A stretch of 64,000 nt of DNA from Vicugna vicugna (lineage: Eukaryota). Below the pieces are notes generated by a model. It ran no database searches and was not told the DNA's origin. It saw only the letters and a list, made by a program, of their open reading frames with translations. Where the stretch lies: positions 10,002,184-10,066,183 of the forward strand of contig MU058844.1 of the NCBI GenBank assembly GCA_013265495.1, written 5' to 3'. The number at the start of each line of letters is the position of its first letter. Position 1 is the first letter of the stretch. Of this stretch, positions 13,284 through 25,651 are shown one piece after another. Made by a program: the position numbers and the translations under genes.

Positions 13284-13616
13284 ATTTTTTAAAGAGGGCA
13301 AAAAATCATTGAAGAGTTGAACTATGAGAATTTCTCCCGAATCTCTCTTACAAGTAGATGTAATAATCTTTTCTCTACCTATATAAACACATTTGTATCC
13401 TGTACAAACATTAGGAAAGTTAAACTGTTTGACTCCTGGCCTCCTGGCTGGCCCCAGAGCCTACTGAGACGTTGATGTCTGAATGCCATCACTGTAAGAA
13501 GACTGTTGGAGAAGAAATCTTCTCTTCCTACTCTCCTATTCACTTCCAGTGTGAGATGTTTGGAAATTCTGTTAATCCATGATGTTATTTTCATTATATC
13601 ATTTATCATATCTTAC

Positions 13617-13738
13617 CTGATCCCATTCTTTTTTATTTCATGCCCATAAATTCGAATTTCCTCTTGGTCTGAAAAGAACAAGCTGATTGACCGATAACAA
13701 TAATACACTGAACCAAGGCACTTAGGGCTGTTATGAAC
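13617..13738 (-). CDS. OTOGL: OTOGL coding exon 7 (VWD1): VHNSPKCLGSVYYCYRSISLFFSDQEEIRIYGHEIKKNGI
   Basis: tttttcttctttaaag| acceptor, 122 nt, CAG|gtaaga donor; frame continuous. Confidence 0.95.
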
Positions 13739-15780
13739 CTTTAAAGAAGAAAAACAAGAGAAAGCATAGGAACCAACAACAACATATATACATATATGCC
13801 TTCCTCTGAGTTACTAAATTCACAATATGTGTCTATAATGCGATAGCATCATTAGTCCCATGACACTTTACAAAATTATAACTACATTTAGGAATTTCAA
13901 GAGAAAAAAAAATTACCTCAGAAATTGGACATTTACCTCAGTAATTGCCTTTGGGGAGCCAGACTTCAGCTGAGGTCAAGGAGTGAGGGAAAGAAGGGGC
14001 AATTTTTGTGCTTTGTATGCCTTGATGAAATATTTTAAACTAAGTCCATATATTATTTTCATAAAAATAAAATTGAATTCAAAGAAGAAAAAGAAAATAA
14101 TCAGGAATATAAAAAAGGAAATAGGCATGAAGGTATTTATTAATGCACATCTTTTAAAATACTGAAAATATTTTAAAATCTAAATTTCTAAAGCAGGGTA
14201 TAATTAAATAAATGCAGTATTCCATAGTTGGAACAAATACAGCTAACACAATTTGTGTTTGTCAAGAATATCTGACATGGAAGAAAATTCTTGAAACAGT
14301 ATTAGGTAAAAATATAGGACAGAAAATTATATGCAGTATAATTTCAATTTTATAAATGTGTATAAAATCCAGAGGAAAAAGTCTAGAAGGAAAGTTATGA
14401 AGCCATTAGGACTGGTAAATCTTGACTGATAAATCTAATATTATTTTTTGGACTTCTCTGAATTTTTCAGAGTTTCTACAAAAGTGAACAACTTTTATAA
14501 TCAGGGGAAATATGGCATTTAAGGTAAATGGATGTGTTTTTGTGAAAGGAAATTCTACCAGCCAAGACAGGGCCAAGTAGAAACGATATCTATTAACTCT
14601 GGAAGCACAGTTCAGCATTGTGTGTTCTTATCACACAATTATCTCGTTGACACCTTAGTCCTGGAAAGGGTGAGACACTAGACAAGAACATTTCAATGAG
14701 AGAGTCAGAAGGTGTCTGACTGATAAACTCAGCAACTCCCACCCAGAGTGGAGGAGTAAAGGACAACAGAGGACTGAGAGCAAGAGCCCTCTAAGACCCG
14801 AAGATGTATTCCACTATCTCCCCGATTCTTATTCTTATTCCCCATAAGTTAACTTTCAGTAGACTTTATTTCCTTTCTGGGTCTCAAGGATTTGTTGCTC
14901 TTAAAAAGCTTCAGGGCCTACGTTTCAGTATTTGCCTCATGTAAAAGAGGAGAATTGAGGCAACCCCAACATAAGTCAGAAGGAATTCAACAACAGAGAT
15001 TCAAGCAAATGATAAATATGCAGGGTCTAAGCTTTAGAACAGGACAGTACTGCAGTTTTCTTGTTGTGCTTTGAGATACCTGGAAATTCAGCGGAAGACA
15101 GTCCAGGAAAGAGTTCCCTGACTTCCTTACTTCAACCAGAGCCACTCTGCAGCTCACATTTTGAGATGTCTCCTACGAGTTCTTTTGAAGCAAGAATTCT
15201 GCAACTAAGCACCAACTCTGAGTTCAATCATATTGTATCAATCTACCTAACAACTAGCTGCCTGTCTCCATATCCTCCAGCCTGTGTCTGTGTAATTCAT
15301 ATACCCCATTTCATAAACGCCAGTCTCCAGTTCCTACTTAGGAGTGTTGTTTTAACAAATTAATCCAGGTGGGCATCACACTGAAAGTGTCAAGAAGGAA
15401 ACAAACTTGAGTAACATGACTGGTGCCTGAACCCACCCCCTTTTCAAAATGATCAAATAGAACCTGAACAATGGGTGTATCAACTGGAGTTAATACTATG
15501 ACATCCATCATATAGACATTTCTGCATTGCCTACAAGCCCTTCCCACATGGATTCAAACCCTCCTTCTTCAGTCCTAGGCCCTATCTCCATAGAACTAGA
15601 CTCAGTATAGCTAAAGATTTAGTCCATCCCATTCAGAACCAGCCCCTCTCCTGTCCCAGTCAGGGCCCTAAATATTCATGCTGTGATTATTATATACTTT
15701 CCATCATTTTCCCAGTACTTGAAAAATACAGACTTGCTCAGAAATACTTTTTCAGTTAGTTATGTCCTGGGATCACCTAC

Positions 15781-15935
15781 CCATACAGTGTACCGAGGCT
15801 CCAAGTTACCACAGTCCTTTGCGAAAATGTAAGAACAGTTTCCTGGGAAATAGTAGTAGATGCCATCAAAAGTTTCAAAGTGGTACTGTCCCCAGGTTTT
15901 GCAAATTCCATCTCTGCCATTGCCCATATTTGGCA
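15781..15935 (-). CDS. OTOGL: OTOGL coding exon 6, start of VWD1: [51 protein letters not shown]
   Basis: ttttttcag| acceptor, 155 nt, TGG|gtaggt donor; classic VWD start motif C-x-TWG-x-x-HF-x-TFDG-x-x-Y-x-F-x-G-x-C. Confidence 0.98.
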
Positions 15936-16849
15936 CTGAAAAAAATAGGATAATATTTAGTAGAATAAAACAAATTATGCCCATTTCTGGCAAGGTTCAA
16001 TCATGGTAGGTGATTCTAAATTTCATTAAAATAAATGTCTTCCTCTTTAGTGGTTAATATCACAGGAAAAAATATCTAACATAGAATTTACTAGCTGCCC
16101 TCAAAACTACCAAACTCTCCTCCCGCCCCCCAAAAAATTCTCTCCAAGTTGTTTTGAAGAAAGGATTTATGTTGGAAGCGTCCTTAATTCTGCTTCCAAA
16201 GAAAGACACTGGAAGAGAGGAAGAGAGGGGAGAATTATACAGTAAAAGGAGGGGATAGTGATAAAACAAATATAACAGCTCAGAAAGAAAGAAATGTCAC
16301 CGCTAAGTGTCCTAAAAATTAACATTGGCGGCATTACAGTGTCCTAGTCTCCATAATTCTTTCAAAAATTACTTAACAGTGTCCATGGAGAAAATTAACC
16401 ACTAACCAAAAAAATCATGTTTATATGTCTGGGACCTGGGGATGGGGAACATTAATCACCCAAAGTATGCTGGAATTTAGGAATTCATGACCTCAAACTG
16501 GTCAAATTATAAGCAATGTTCATCTGAAGTCATCCAACTTCATCTCCTGTTGTCTTCGTGGCTCTTTCCCTTTGTACTTTTGTGGGTAGCCCTCTATACA
16601 ATTTTGATTTTCTAGACACTTCTTTCTAAAATAATATGGAAAACCATGGCTTTTACTGAGCACTCAGTATGTGGAACTGATATTAAGACATTAGAGCATG
16701 TTAATATACTCCCATAGGGAGCACAAAGATAAGGCACAATCATAAAGATAAAGTATAAAGTTATCTTCTCTTTTTATAATTTTTACCCAAATTTATTAAC
16801 CTTGGCCAACTTTGGCCTTTTCAGGAAAAAACTTAGAGTGATTCATTAC

Positions 16850-17090
16850 TCAGGCAGTCTTCTCTGCCGGTCTGCCTTAGTTCTGTTGCATATTTTCATA
16901 AAATCTGTACTTCCCTTTATAACACATGTCACGGTGTAATTACTGTATATCTGTTGTGTGTTGGCCCCTCCTCTAGACTGTCATCCCCAAGAGGGCAGGA
17001 ACATGTCTACATTATTCACTATTGTATCCCCAGTGCCCAGCCCTGGGATCCTGTGGATGCTTGATAAATACTCACTAAACAAATGAATAT
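16850..17090 (+). mobile_element. L2 3' end
   Basis: cccctcctctagactgtcatccccaagagggcaggaacatgtctacattattcactattgtatccccagtgcccagc...aaacaaatgaata. Confidence 0.7.
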
Positions 17091-17540
17091 TTTCTGGTCC
17101 TAACTGACATAGGGTCCTATTCTAGACATGATGGATAAAGTATTTTTGAGAACCTTCTGCCTCTGAAGAGGTCTCAATACTGTTTTCTCTTTTAGGTACA
17201 GAATATTCCATTAATTCAAAGTCAAAAAGTATAAGTGGCTCCAAATAACAAATCTAATTTATAAAGCAAAAGAGAGATGAATGAAAACCTGATTTTAATG
17301 GGCTGGTACTATCTGAAGTGGAAAAAACACTTGAGGAAATAGCAGAGATCAGTGAGAAGGGAAAGTAGGCATATCTATTTTCTTTTATATTATCTCTAAA
17401 TTACTGGGATTGAATCGTGGACACTCTAGTTAATACACAATATATTATAACTCCCAGTGGATGAACTAGTGTACAGCAAATTATACTTCATGTTCTCTGC
17501 AGCGTCTTATAATTCTCTCATAAATATCCCTGAAACTTAC

Positions 17541-17639
17541 CAATCTGGCACCGGGTCCCAAGTGCCTGAAATATTTGACAGTCACATGTACCGGTCTTAG
17601 AACAGAAAGCTCCGTTAAGGCATTCATGAGGACAAGAGC
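17541..17639 (-). CDS. OTOGL: OTOGL coding exon 5, EGF-like module: SCPHECLNGAFCSKTGTCDCQIFQALGTRCQI
   Basis: ttttttgcccttcag| acceptor, 99 nt, TTG|gtaagt donor; six cysteines in EGF-like spacing. Confidence 0.96.
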
Positions 17640-19299
17640 CTGAAGGGCAAAAAATAAATTATCTTCTGGCGTGCATCAGTTCTTATAAACATAATCCATC
17701 AAGATTTAGCTTGGACTAACTGTAACCTCTGTTGACTCCAACAGAACCCTGGGCCTGTTGCCTTGATGAGCTAAGGAATCAAGCCCCTCAAGTCTCTATC
17801 TAGTTCATTTCATTATGTGCTGTGAAACAAGAAAGACAGGCTTTCACATCTCAAACTACCCTGAGAGCAAAGGTCAGCATCCTTCAAGCAATTGAAAGGT
17901 CAAGTTCCCATGTAAGGAATCCCTGTCCCAGATGATGAGAACCAGAAATACACAAGCTGCAGATGATTCCCTTGACGGAGTCTGGCACTGGCTGCACATC
18001 TGATCGGCTATGTCTCCAGGAGCAAGTGTTGTATTCAAGAATAATGTCCATCGTTAGTCGAGGGATCAGGCAAAATACAAAACTCAAAAAGAAATTCCCA
18101 TTTTTTTAAGAAAGTGATTAAACACTGCATTTGAAGTTTGTGTATTAATCCTCAGGCTTAGCTGCAAATAATACATTCCTTCTGACCCACAGCTAATTTT
18201 AACGGGAAAGAAGCCAAAGATGCGGCTGGTCATCACCAAAAATACTCTTTCTTTCATGGAAAGAAAAATAGTCACAAAGGATTATGTTGAAAAGAGGAAG
18301 AAAAAAACCATGAGCTCCCGAGTGAGTTTTAAAAATGCAAATGAATCACAGGGAAAATTTTTCCTCTAATAAGGAGAGAACAAGAGACAACTGGCAAAAC
18401 TCAAGCAGGAAGGATTTAACTAACACAGCAAGAGAACAAGACAACGCCTTTGAGTGACCATGAAGTATTACTAAAGACTGGCCCTCTCTGGAATATGGTA
18501 AGGTCATGAAAGCACTTATCTAATTACGGTATTTTAACCACATTTCTGTGAGAAAGGCAAGAATTAAAAAACTCTATTATCCTTTCACCTTAAGAATCAT
18601 TGATCTAAAATGTCTCTGCATCTAAATTAGACACACAACTCTCTAAGCACGTCTTAACTGAGGAGAAATGAGCTGTTTCAACTTTGATCATAAGTATAGA
18701 TTAAAAATGATGTTTTTCATAAACTTAAATGCAGTTTTTCCCCCCTAAGGGGCATATCGCTCTTCAAATTCTATCTCAGAACACAATCTTGTATTTTCCT
18801 ATCAATAAGTGTTGAAGTAATTACATAAGCAAGTGTATCTCCTTCAAAAATTTATTTACTGCTCTGTTTATTCTCCGGAAAAGAAATATCAAACCAAAGC
18901 TAGTCAGGAATCCTTGCTATTTTAAATGCAAAGAAAAATTCAAATTGAATTTCAACTAATTAACATTCTGCTTAATGGAAATGGGAAAGTGGTTAAGCAA
19001 AAACAGCAAGGTCAAAGAACTGAGGGGCAAGTAATTGATTCAGAAAAAAAGGTTCTGATACCCAGTGATATCTTTCCTGGTGGTATAGTTATCAGCTTGG
19101 TCTAACTGTTATCCCTGCTTATTTCCAAATATAATTCACATTTCTATATGAAGTAAACTTAAACTCTTACTAAGTATTATTATCGCCCTGGCTCAGTTTC
19201 CTTCATGCGTTATGTGGAAGTCATAGAGAGTTGATTCAATATATCCCCCAAAGGGGTCTTTTGAGAAAGCAAGTGCAAAAACACAGATGCAGCACTGAC

Positions 19300-19366
19300 C
19301 TTTTATTTTGCTCTCACCCCAATTAATAGCTTCATGGAAGAAATATCTTGGAGAAGTTGCTTCAAA
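19300..19366 (-). CDS. OTOGL: OTOGL coding exon 4: FEATSPRYFFHEAINWGESKIK(G)
   Basis: tctttcttttaaag| acceptor, 67 nt, AAG|gtcagt donor; frame continuous. Confidence 0.95.
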
Positions 19367-19959
19367 CTTTAAAAGAAAGAAATAAGAATTAAAGAGAATT
19401 AAATTATTTAATTCAAGCCAAACATGTAAATTGGAAAATCTGGAAAACAGCTACACACACAGAAATTATAAAGCGCTTACTCCATATTTCCCCGGGTTAT
19501 TGAGGCAAAATCTTGGAGAGGCAGACAGGACTCCTTTAGGCTTGTAGTTAAAAGATCTGACTTCAAGGTTTGGTTTGGTTTCTTACAGGAATTTGAGAAG
19601 TCCTTTATCCTCCCTGACCTCAGTTCTGCCTCCCTGCCCTTTGTGGAAGGAGTCTGGTTGGAGCCTAATCTTTGCATTGACTGACTGTTTTGCCTGCAGA
19701 ACTAGCAGTTTTTGTTTTTGTTTTTGATACTTGTAAGTGCGAATAGGTCTGGAGAGAATGCATGGGGCCAATGGACCAAAAGACAGTGATGTATCCCCTG
19801 CCTACAGACCCATCTGTGCAGACACTACCCGCAGAAGCCTCTGTTGCTGAAGTATGTGTCACCCTCAGCCTCCAAAGAGCTGACACTTAAATGTTCATAG
19901 AACATTTAAATGTATCTTTTTATAGAGCGCCAGGCACGTCAGGATGGTCATTAAGAGAT

Positions 19960-20150
19960 GAATTATAGAATCAAACAGATCTCGAGTAAAGCCCTGATTC
20001 TGCCACGACTTACTCTAAGGCAAGTTTCTTAACCTCTTAGTGCCTTCTTATACTCATCTGTAAAATGGGAACAGTGATACATACTTCACTCGGTAGTTAT
20101 AACAATAAATAAAACCACGTATGTAAAGATTCCAGCGTAATGCCTCACAA
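19960..20150 (+). mobile_element. MIR SINE
   Basis: ggcaagtttcttaacctcttagtgccttcttatactcatctgtaaaatgggaacagtgata MIR core. Confidence 0.75.
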
Positions 20151-21329
20151 AGAAAATTAGCAAGAAAGAGACGTCTAAGCAACCCAGATAAAGCCGTAAG
20201 ATTTTTAGAGGTCAATATGGATTAGTAGAAAATAACTGGATTATTATAACTAATTGATGATGGATTTTTTTTTTCCAACTCAGTGCCAATTTAGTGTATG
20301 GTCTGGGGCAATGTCTTTGCCAATAGCATTTTTACATTCACCAGAAGAACACACATTCCCAAAATTTGCCACGTAATTGTCAAATCGAGTACCAGATGAT
20401 GTTAGAAAAACTGGAAAGAGGGAAGGCTAAGAAGAAAGAGGGGTAAGGAATGTGACTTCAGACACAAACTCCTTTCTCAACATATTCTGGTTTCCTTTCC
20501 ACATGGTAACGTTTTGTTTTGGTATTTTTCCCTGCAGTATCTTTTTTTTTTTTTTTTAACAGAAAAACCTTCCTTATGACAGACAAAAGACCTTCCACAC
20601 TCTCTCACCACTTCAAGGCTCTTTTCTAAAGTCCTTGGCCTCCATCATGGCTCCAAGTTCATTGTTTCCTGCTCTTATTCCTCTCAGGTTTTGCCCTCAC
20701 TGTTCAATCTCCTCTTCTCACCCTTTCCTCTCTCTCCAAACAAAGTCAGACTCGCAAGTCTATGACCTTGATGCCTCCAAGACAAGTCTTATTCTCTCTT
20801 CAGCCACATTGTCTCCAACTGCCTAACCTAACACAACCACCAGTATTACTGGGCACCGAAGTCTTCTTAGTTTGGCTCTAGTGAATCATCTCTGATGCTC
20901 ACTGAAAAGGTATAGTGATTTGAACTCTGTCTTATACAGGCTTACATTTATAATTGGGAGCTCTTTTATTTTTTTATGTCATGTAAATAATGGCAGATAA
21001 CTGGTGGTGTCTTAGATTTGAGGAGCAATTTACAGAAATGACTTCTTTACGGGCCTACCTCTGCTAGACGCTGAGTTTCTAGACAGCAAGCACTGCTCTG
21101 CACGGGCGTGTCTCTGGCATGGACCCTTGCATGTCCACAACAAACACCAAATGAACCAAAAATAGACATTACGCAAACAGGAGTGATCTGCCCCCCGAAG
21201 CTGTTTAGAACCATGACTATAAGATGTTCTATTGAAGCCCTCCCCACATCCTCTGGGCCCACCTTCACTTCACCTGCATCTGGGTTTCTGGGCAAATTGA
21301 GATGCTCGAGCACAGGCTTCTTTCTGTCT

Positions 21330-21655
21330 CTGCCTGAGGATAGAGGCCAAGCAGGACAGACCAGAGGAAATGCCTTTCAGGGGGTTGAAAGCCCCACAGA
21401 GACCACCCCTGACCATTGAGAGGCGAGAGTGGTGTGTGAGTACTCCAGCTCCTCCCAACCCTCAGAGAAACAATTCCAAAACACTCTGCACACCTCCTTA
21501 AAGGGACCCCAGCATGGCTGAACCCCCAGATGCCCAAAGCAGGAAGCCCCTTCCTTAACAGAGCTGTGTTGGATTTTCTCCCTTCCAAGTCTCCCACCCT
21601 TCTCTCCCTCACTCCTACACATATAAATTTGTGTGCAAATTGATAAATAAATTAG
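21330..21655 (+). mobile_element. ERVL LTR16-like solo LTR
   Basis: tactccagctcctcccaaccctcagagaaacaattcc...ggctgaacccccagatgcccaaagc...ctcccttccaagtctcccacc...aaataaa resembles recalled LTR16 3' half. Confidence 0.55.
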
Positions 21656-23523
21656 CTGCCCCTGCTTTCAGGGGAAGAATTCTGAAATGCGATGCAAATG
21701 CAAAAAAGTTCCAAGCAGTGGGTGCATACATTCACATAACTGATGAAAGAGGGCAGCCCATTCTTCTCCAGTGCTGATTATATCTCCACCGGTGGGTGAG
21801 AAGCATGGAGAAGTGCAGTCTTTAAATGAGAAATCACTGCCGCACACAAATACACCACTGACAGAAGCCTGTGTCTACCCTGCCTCTGCTCATTGTTCAT
21901 CTCACTACCAGCATACTCCTGAGTCCTTACGTGCGCAGATATCTGTCCATCTATGCTCTGTCTCCCTAGAGCAGGGGAGTGAATCTGTGGACGAGAATGG
22001 CCTTATAGCAGATGAAATTTCAATCCTAAACAGTACAATGCATGATTGGGACTTCACTGCCCTTCTTAAACATTCTTCTCTTAGAATTTGTTCAGATATT
22101 AAATAATGTGGCGTGTTCTCCAGCTACAGGAAATAGAAAGGCTGGTGTCCTGCTCTTCATTCTCTCTAAAACAGAAATTAAGACAAGAAAAGTTCACTTC
22201 TCACTTATTAACAAAAGGGAAGTATTAAAGTACCTCTGGGGAGGGTGGGTAAATCATACAAATTCTGAAAATACCCAAATGGACAGTATAAGCCTACCTG
22301 TAGGTTGCTTCACAGGACAACTTTGGGGCTATATTTCGCAGGTTCTTCAATCTAGTGGGCTCTATCAGAATACAGTTTTTCTCAAAATCAGATTTTCTGC
22401 TGAGTCATGCTGATGTCTTTTTGTGGTTAATATGGTCTACTGGCAAACGTGCACTTGACATTTTTCAGAGAAAAATCATTTTAACCACTTTACATGATAC
22501 ATAAGTACTTAAGTACACAAAACATTCTTTTAAAGAAAAAAAGTGTTTCCCTTCCATAGACAATCCTTTGCCCATTCTAGTACAAAAAAAGATCTCCACT
22601 CTTGATAATAATAAATTCTTTCTGTCTTCTAAATTATCACAACAGCATATCAAATCTGCCTTCAGTTCTCTTTAATTAAGTTCATAAAATATAAAAAATC
22701 AGGCAACCATCAGAAAATGCCAATATAAATTGACTGCAATTCAGCACCTGACAAAGACCTCCTTGAATACATAAGCTGTTTGCTACATAGATACTCAAAT
22801 CATATTACTTTCCAAAGAAATACCTTTATTAAGTTAGGATTCTCTATCTTACCATCCATCTTTAATAAAGGTATAATTTTAAAAATCCACCCACTTGAAC
22901 ATTCCAACCACAGTTTGAAGATATTGCAATTATGTTAGCCAATTTCCTTTATATAAAGGGATCCAAGCAAAAAGGCCTCCTCAAATTCAGTGCCATCCCA
23001 CCCCTCCAAAAAAGAAAGGTCACCTCTTCATCAGTGCCTGTAATTTAGATTTATTAGATGATATAAAAGCCATTTGTCAGGACACCAGGACACCTCTAAT
23101 GCCCTTTTGTGGTACTTAACTCAGATCATGTATACCTTTTTCTGCCCCTGTGTGCTTGTATTTGTTCCATTATCATTGTCCTAACTGATACTGTGCTTAA
23201 TTTTTAAGCCAATTAAAATGTTCTGGCAAGTAGATGAGATTAAATCTCCCACAAATTCTGGGAGTTCTGGGAGCCTATCAGTAGGGAACTGAAGTGAAGA
23301 GCAAAAAAGTGTTTGACCACAGACAAGTGAATGTGAACTAAGCCTGAAGTGGAGGGTTGCAGAAAAGCACAAGAGAAGTTACTCTGCCTCTTCCTCCTCC
23401 TTCCTGTCTTGCTTTTAGCATTTTATTTGCCTCCACAAAGGTCTCATTGTTGCAGTGACAGCAGAGGCCCAAAGCAGAATGGATTATTTCTCTGCCTCTC
23501 TCTCCATCAGAGGCAGAACCTAC

Positions 23524-23572
23524 CTGGGCTGCTAAAAGAGCTCTTTTCTGTTGATTTTCATTAAACCCGTTT
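23524..23572 (-). CDS. OTOGL: OTOGL coding exon 3: NGFNENQQKRALLAAQ
   Basis: tcttccag| acceptor, 49 nt, CAG|gtaggt donor; peptide visible inside ORF 23338..23640. Confidence 0.95.
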
Positions 23573-24523
23573 CTGGAAGAAAACAAAAAAGAACTTGTAT
23601 AGTCAAAGGCCCCTAGGCAACCTGAACAAGCCTTTCCCAAGAGAGAGCTGGTGTTTTCCTCCTGATTTCCATCACTTCATCAAAGAGGTCTTTCTTGGTT
23701 TAACATTGAAAAGGTCCCCCTCCCCCTTTAGGAGGGGTTAGATTTGGGTGGCGGCGCTGTCTCATTTTACAAAATTCAGGAGTGTCCCCAGATCTCTCCA
23801 GTCTCTGATGTAAATTGCATTTTAGGAAGGAACTTCGAGATAGAGAAATAAACAAAATAAAGTAACACTGTAGCACCAACACGCATGATAATTTCTCCGC
23901 ACGCCTTCATAAAACCTGTGAGATAAACGTTCTCCAAGCGCGGGTTCACTTTTTCCAAACATCACACTCAATTCTTTCCCTTTCCGTATCTTAAAGGGCA
24001 GATTAACATTAACATGAACAAGCACATCAAACTGTGGGTTACCGCAATCAAGTGGTGAGTAGAACTCTTTTCATTAAGCAGACCAGTTTAGTCCAAAAAA
24101 TGATTTTCATTATTTACTGCTAGAACCATTTGACTCTATGTTAAGAATATAGCACATTTCTAATCAATGGTGGATATTAATAATAACAAATAAAGGAGTT
24201 ACTGAATGTTAATAATAACAATATAAAAGGCTCTGCAACAAATTTTTGAAGTGAAAATAATCTCTTCTTAGTATCTACAGTCATTGGACACCACCAAGAA
24301 CTCCTCTTGTAATCAAAATGAAATACCTTTGCTTCATTAGCAAGGAACTGAATGCTTCATATTTTTTAATTTGTGGCAATATCTTAAAGAACTACATCTT
24401 ATACCCTTATTTTGTAAAATATCTCATTTATTTTTTTCAAAAGCAAATACAGTGATCTGCTGAACTTTTCTTATTCCCGTTAACTTTATGGTTTAGAGGA
24501 CATAACAAATAAGAAATACTCAC

Positions 24524-24563
24524 TCTGATATTCTCGTCAAGATGGATGAAGTACAAATATATC
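24524..24563 (-). CDS. OTOGL: OTOGL coding exon 2: (G)YICTSSILTRIS(E)
   Basis: tctctggcag| acceptor, 40 nt, AGA|gtgagt donor; phase 1 in, phase 2 out, fits flanking exons. Confidence 0.93.
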
Positions 24564-25550
24564 CTGCCAGAGATAAATACATATATATATATGATAAGGA
24601 TGAAAAAAATTATCAAAAAATCTTGGTCACATGTTCTGATTATAAAACAGATTCTTTGAACCTAAATTCTAAAACTTAGACTAAGTTTTGTTATTAGTTA
24701 TTTTATATTTTCTAGAGGATTTTAACCAGCAAATTCCCTGTGAAACATTAGGGTGACTAGTAATCCAGAAAAAAATGGGCAGTACACATAGATTTATATA
24801 GAGACATAATACAGTAGGGACAAGCACTAGTCTTGGAGTCAGAGATCCCAGCTTTACCATCTAGTAAACGCCAAGCTGAAGCAAGCTACCAAACACATCA
24901 CAAAATGATGATGGTAGCCAAGCTGATCCTCAAAGTTCCCTCCAGCTCTCATCACTCTTAAGACATTTTTTCCCTTGGCGTTTCAGTAATGACTAGGATT
25001 GGAAGACAATGTTTCTGATCTCTCTAGTCTTCTACACTTCAGAAATTTCTACCACTTCCCCTATGAGCTCCAAAATACACAGCCCTTTTCAGGGATTAAA
25101 AATGAACAACTGAATGTAAATAAATGCTTTCTGCCATAAAAATAGTTTATAAAAATGAATTCTTTACCATTCTTTAGGTTGATGGCACTGAGGAAATTTA
25201 AGTACCAACTTTTTATTAACTATAAAATTTCAATTGTTTAAATGACACAACTATCTTAAATCATTCTTCAGGAGAGAAAAAGTTAGAGCTTCTTCTAGTA
25301 GAGTTGCTTATCATGATAAGGGCAGGATTTTAATATTTAAAAAAGAGGACCTGGAAAGTGAAAACTAAAAGTTCCCAGTTATCCGCATTATTAAGAATTG
25401 TTTTAAAAAATGTGATCTGGATGTCATTTAGAATCTATCCATTCTAATGACTTCAAAATGCTCTACAGAATAAGGGGAAACTATTGTTATCATTCACCAG
25501 AGAGACTGAAATACAATAAAAAAAGGTAGAAATAGAACATGAGTTCTTAC

Positions 25551-25629
25551 CTTGTAGTGAAAACAGCAGTGTATGAAGCAAGAATATACTCCAAGGTGTC
25601 ATCAAATTGAGTTTTCTCACAATGTTCAT
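25551..25629 (-). CDS. OTOGL: OTOGL coding exon 1 (ATG, signal peptide): MNIVRKLNLMTPWSIFLLHTLLFSLQ
   Basis: ATG at 25629 with purine at -3; second in-frame ATG at codon 10; 79 nt ending CAAG|gtaaga (phase 1); matches recalled N-terminus of mammalian otogelin-like protein. Confidence 0.95.
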
Positions 25630-25651
25630 TTCAGTGTAGACTTTCTCCCTG
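25630..25651 (-). promoter_or_regulatory. OTOGL: Splice acceptor plus 19-nt leader in front of the OTOGL ATG
   Basis: minus strand ...tttggttacatttcag|GGAGAAAGTCTACACTGAA-ATG; AG at 25650-25649, exon starts 25648. Confidence 0.75.

Noticed and set aside
19477-19677. Minus-strand ORF ending at a good donor-like GGA|GTAAGC 114 nt upstream of exon 4
   Set aside because: The donor is phase 2 relative to that ORF while exon 4 is phase 0, so joining is out of frame. The peptide is unrecognisable.
21692-21705. ATGCAAAT octamer (POU site) next to LTR16
   Set aside because: An 8-mer that is common in AT-rich DNA and also occurs inside L1 copies here (about 1672 and 37631). No independent support.
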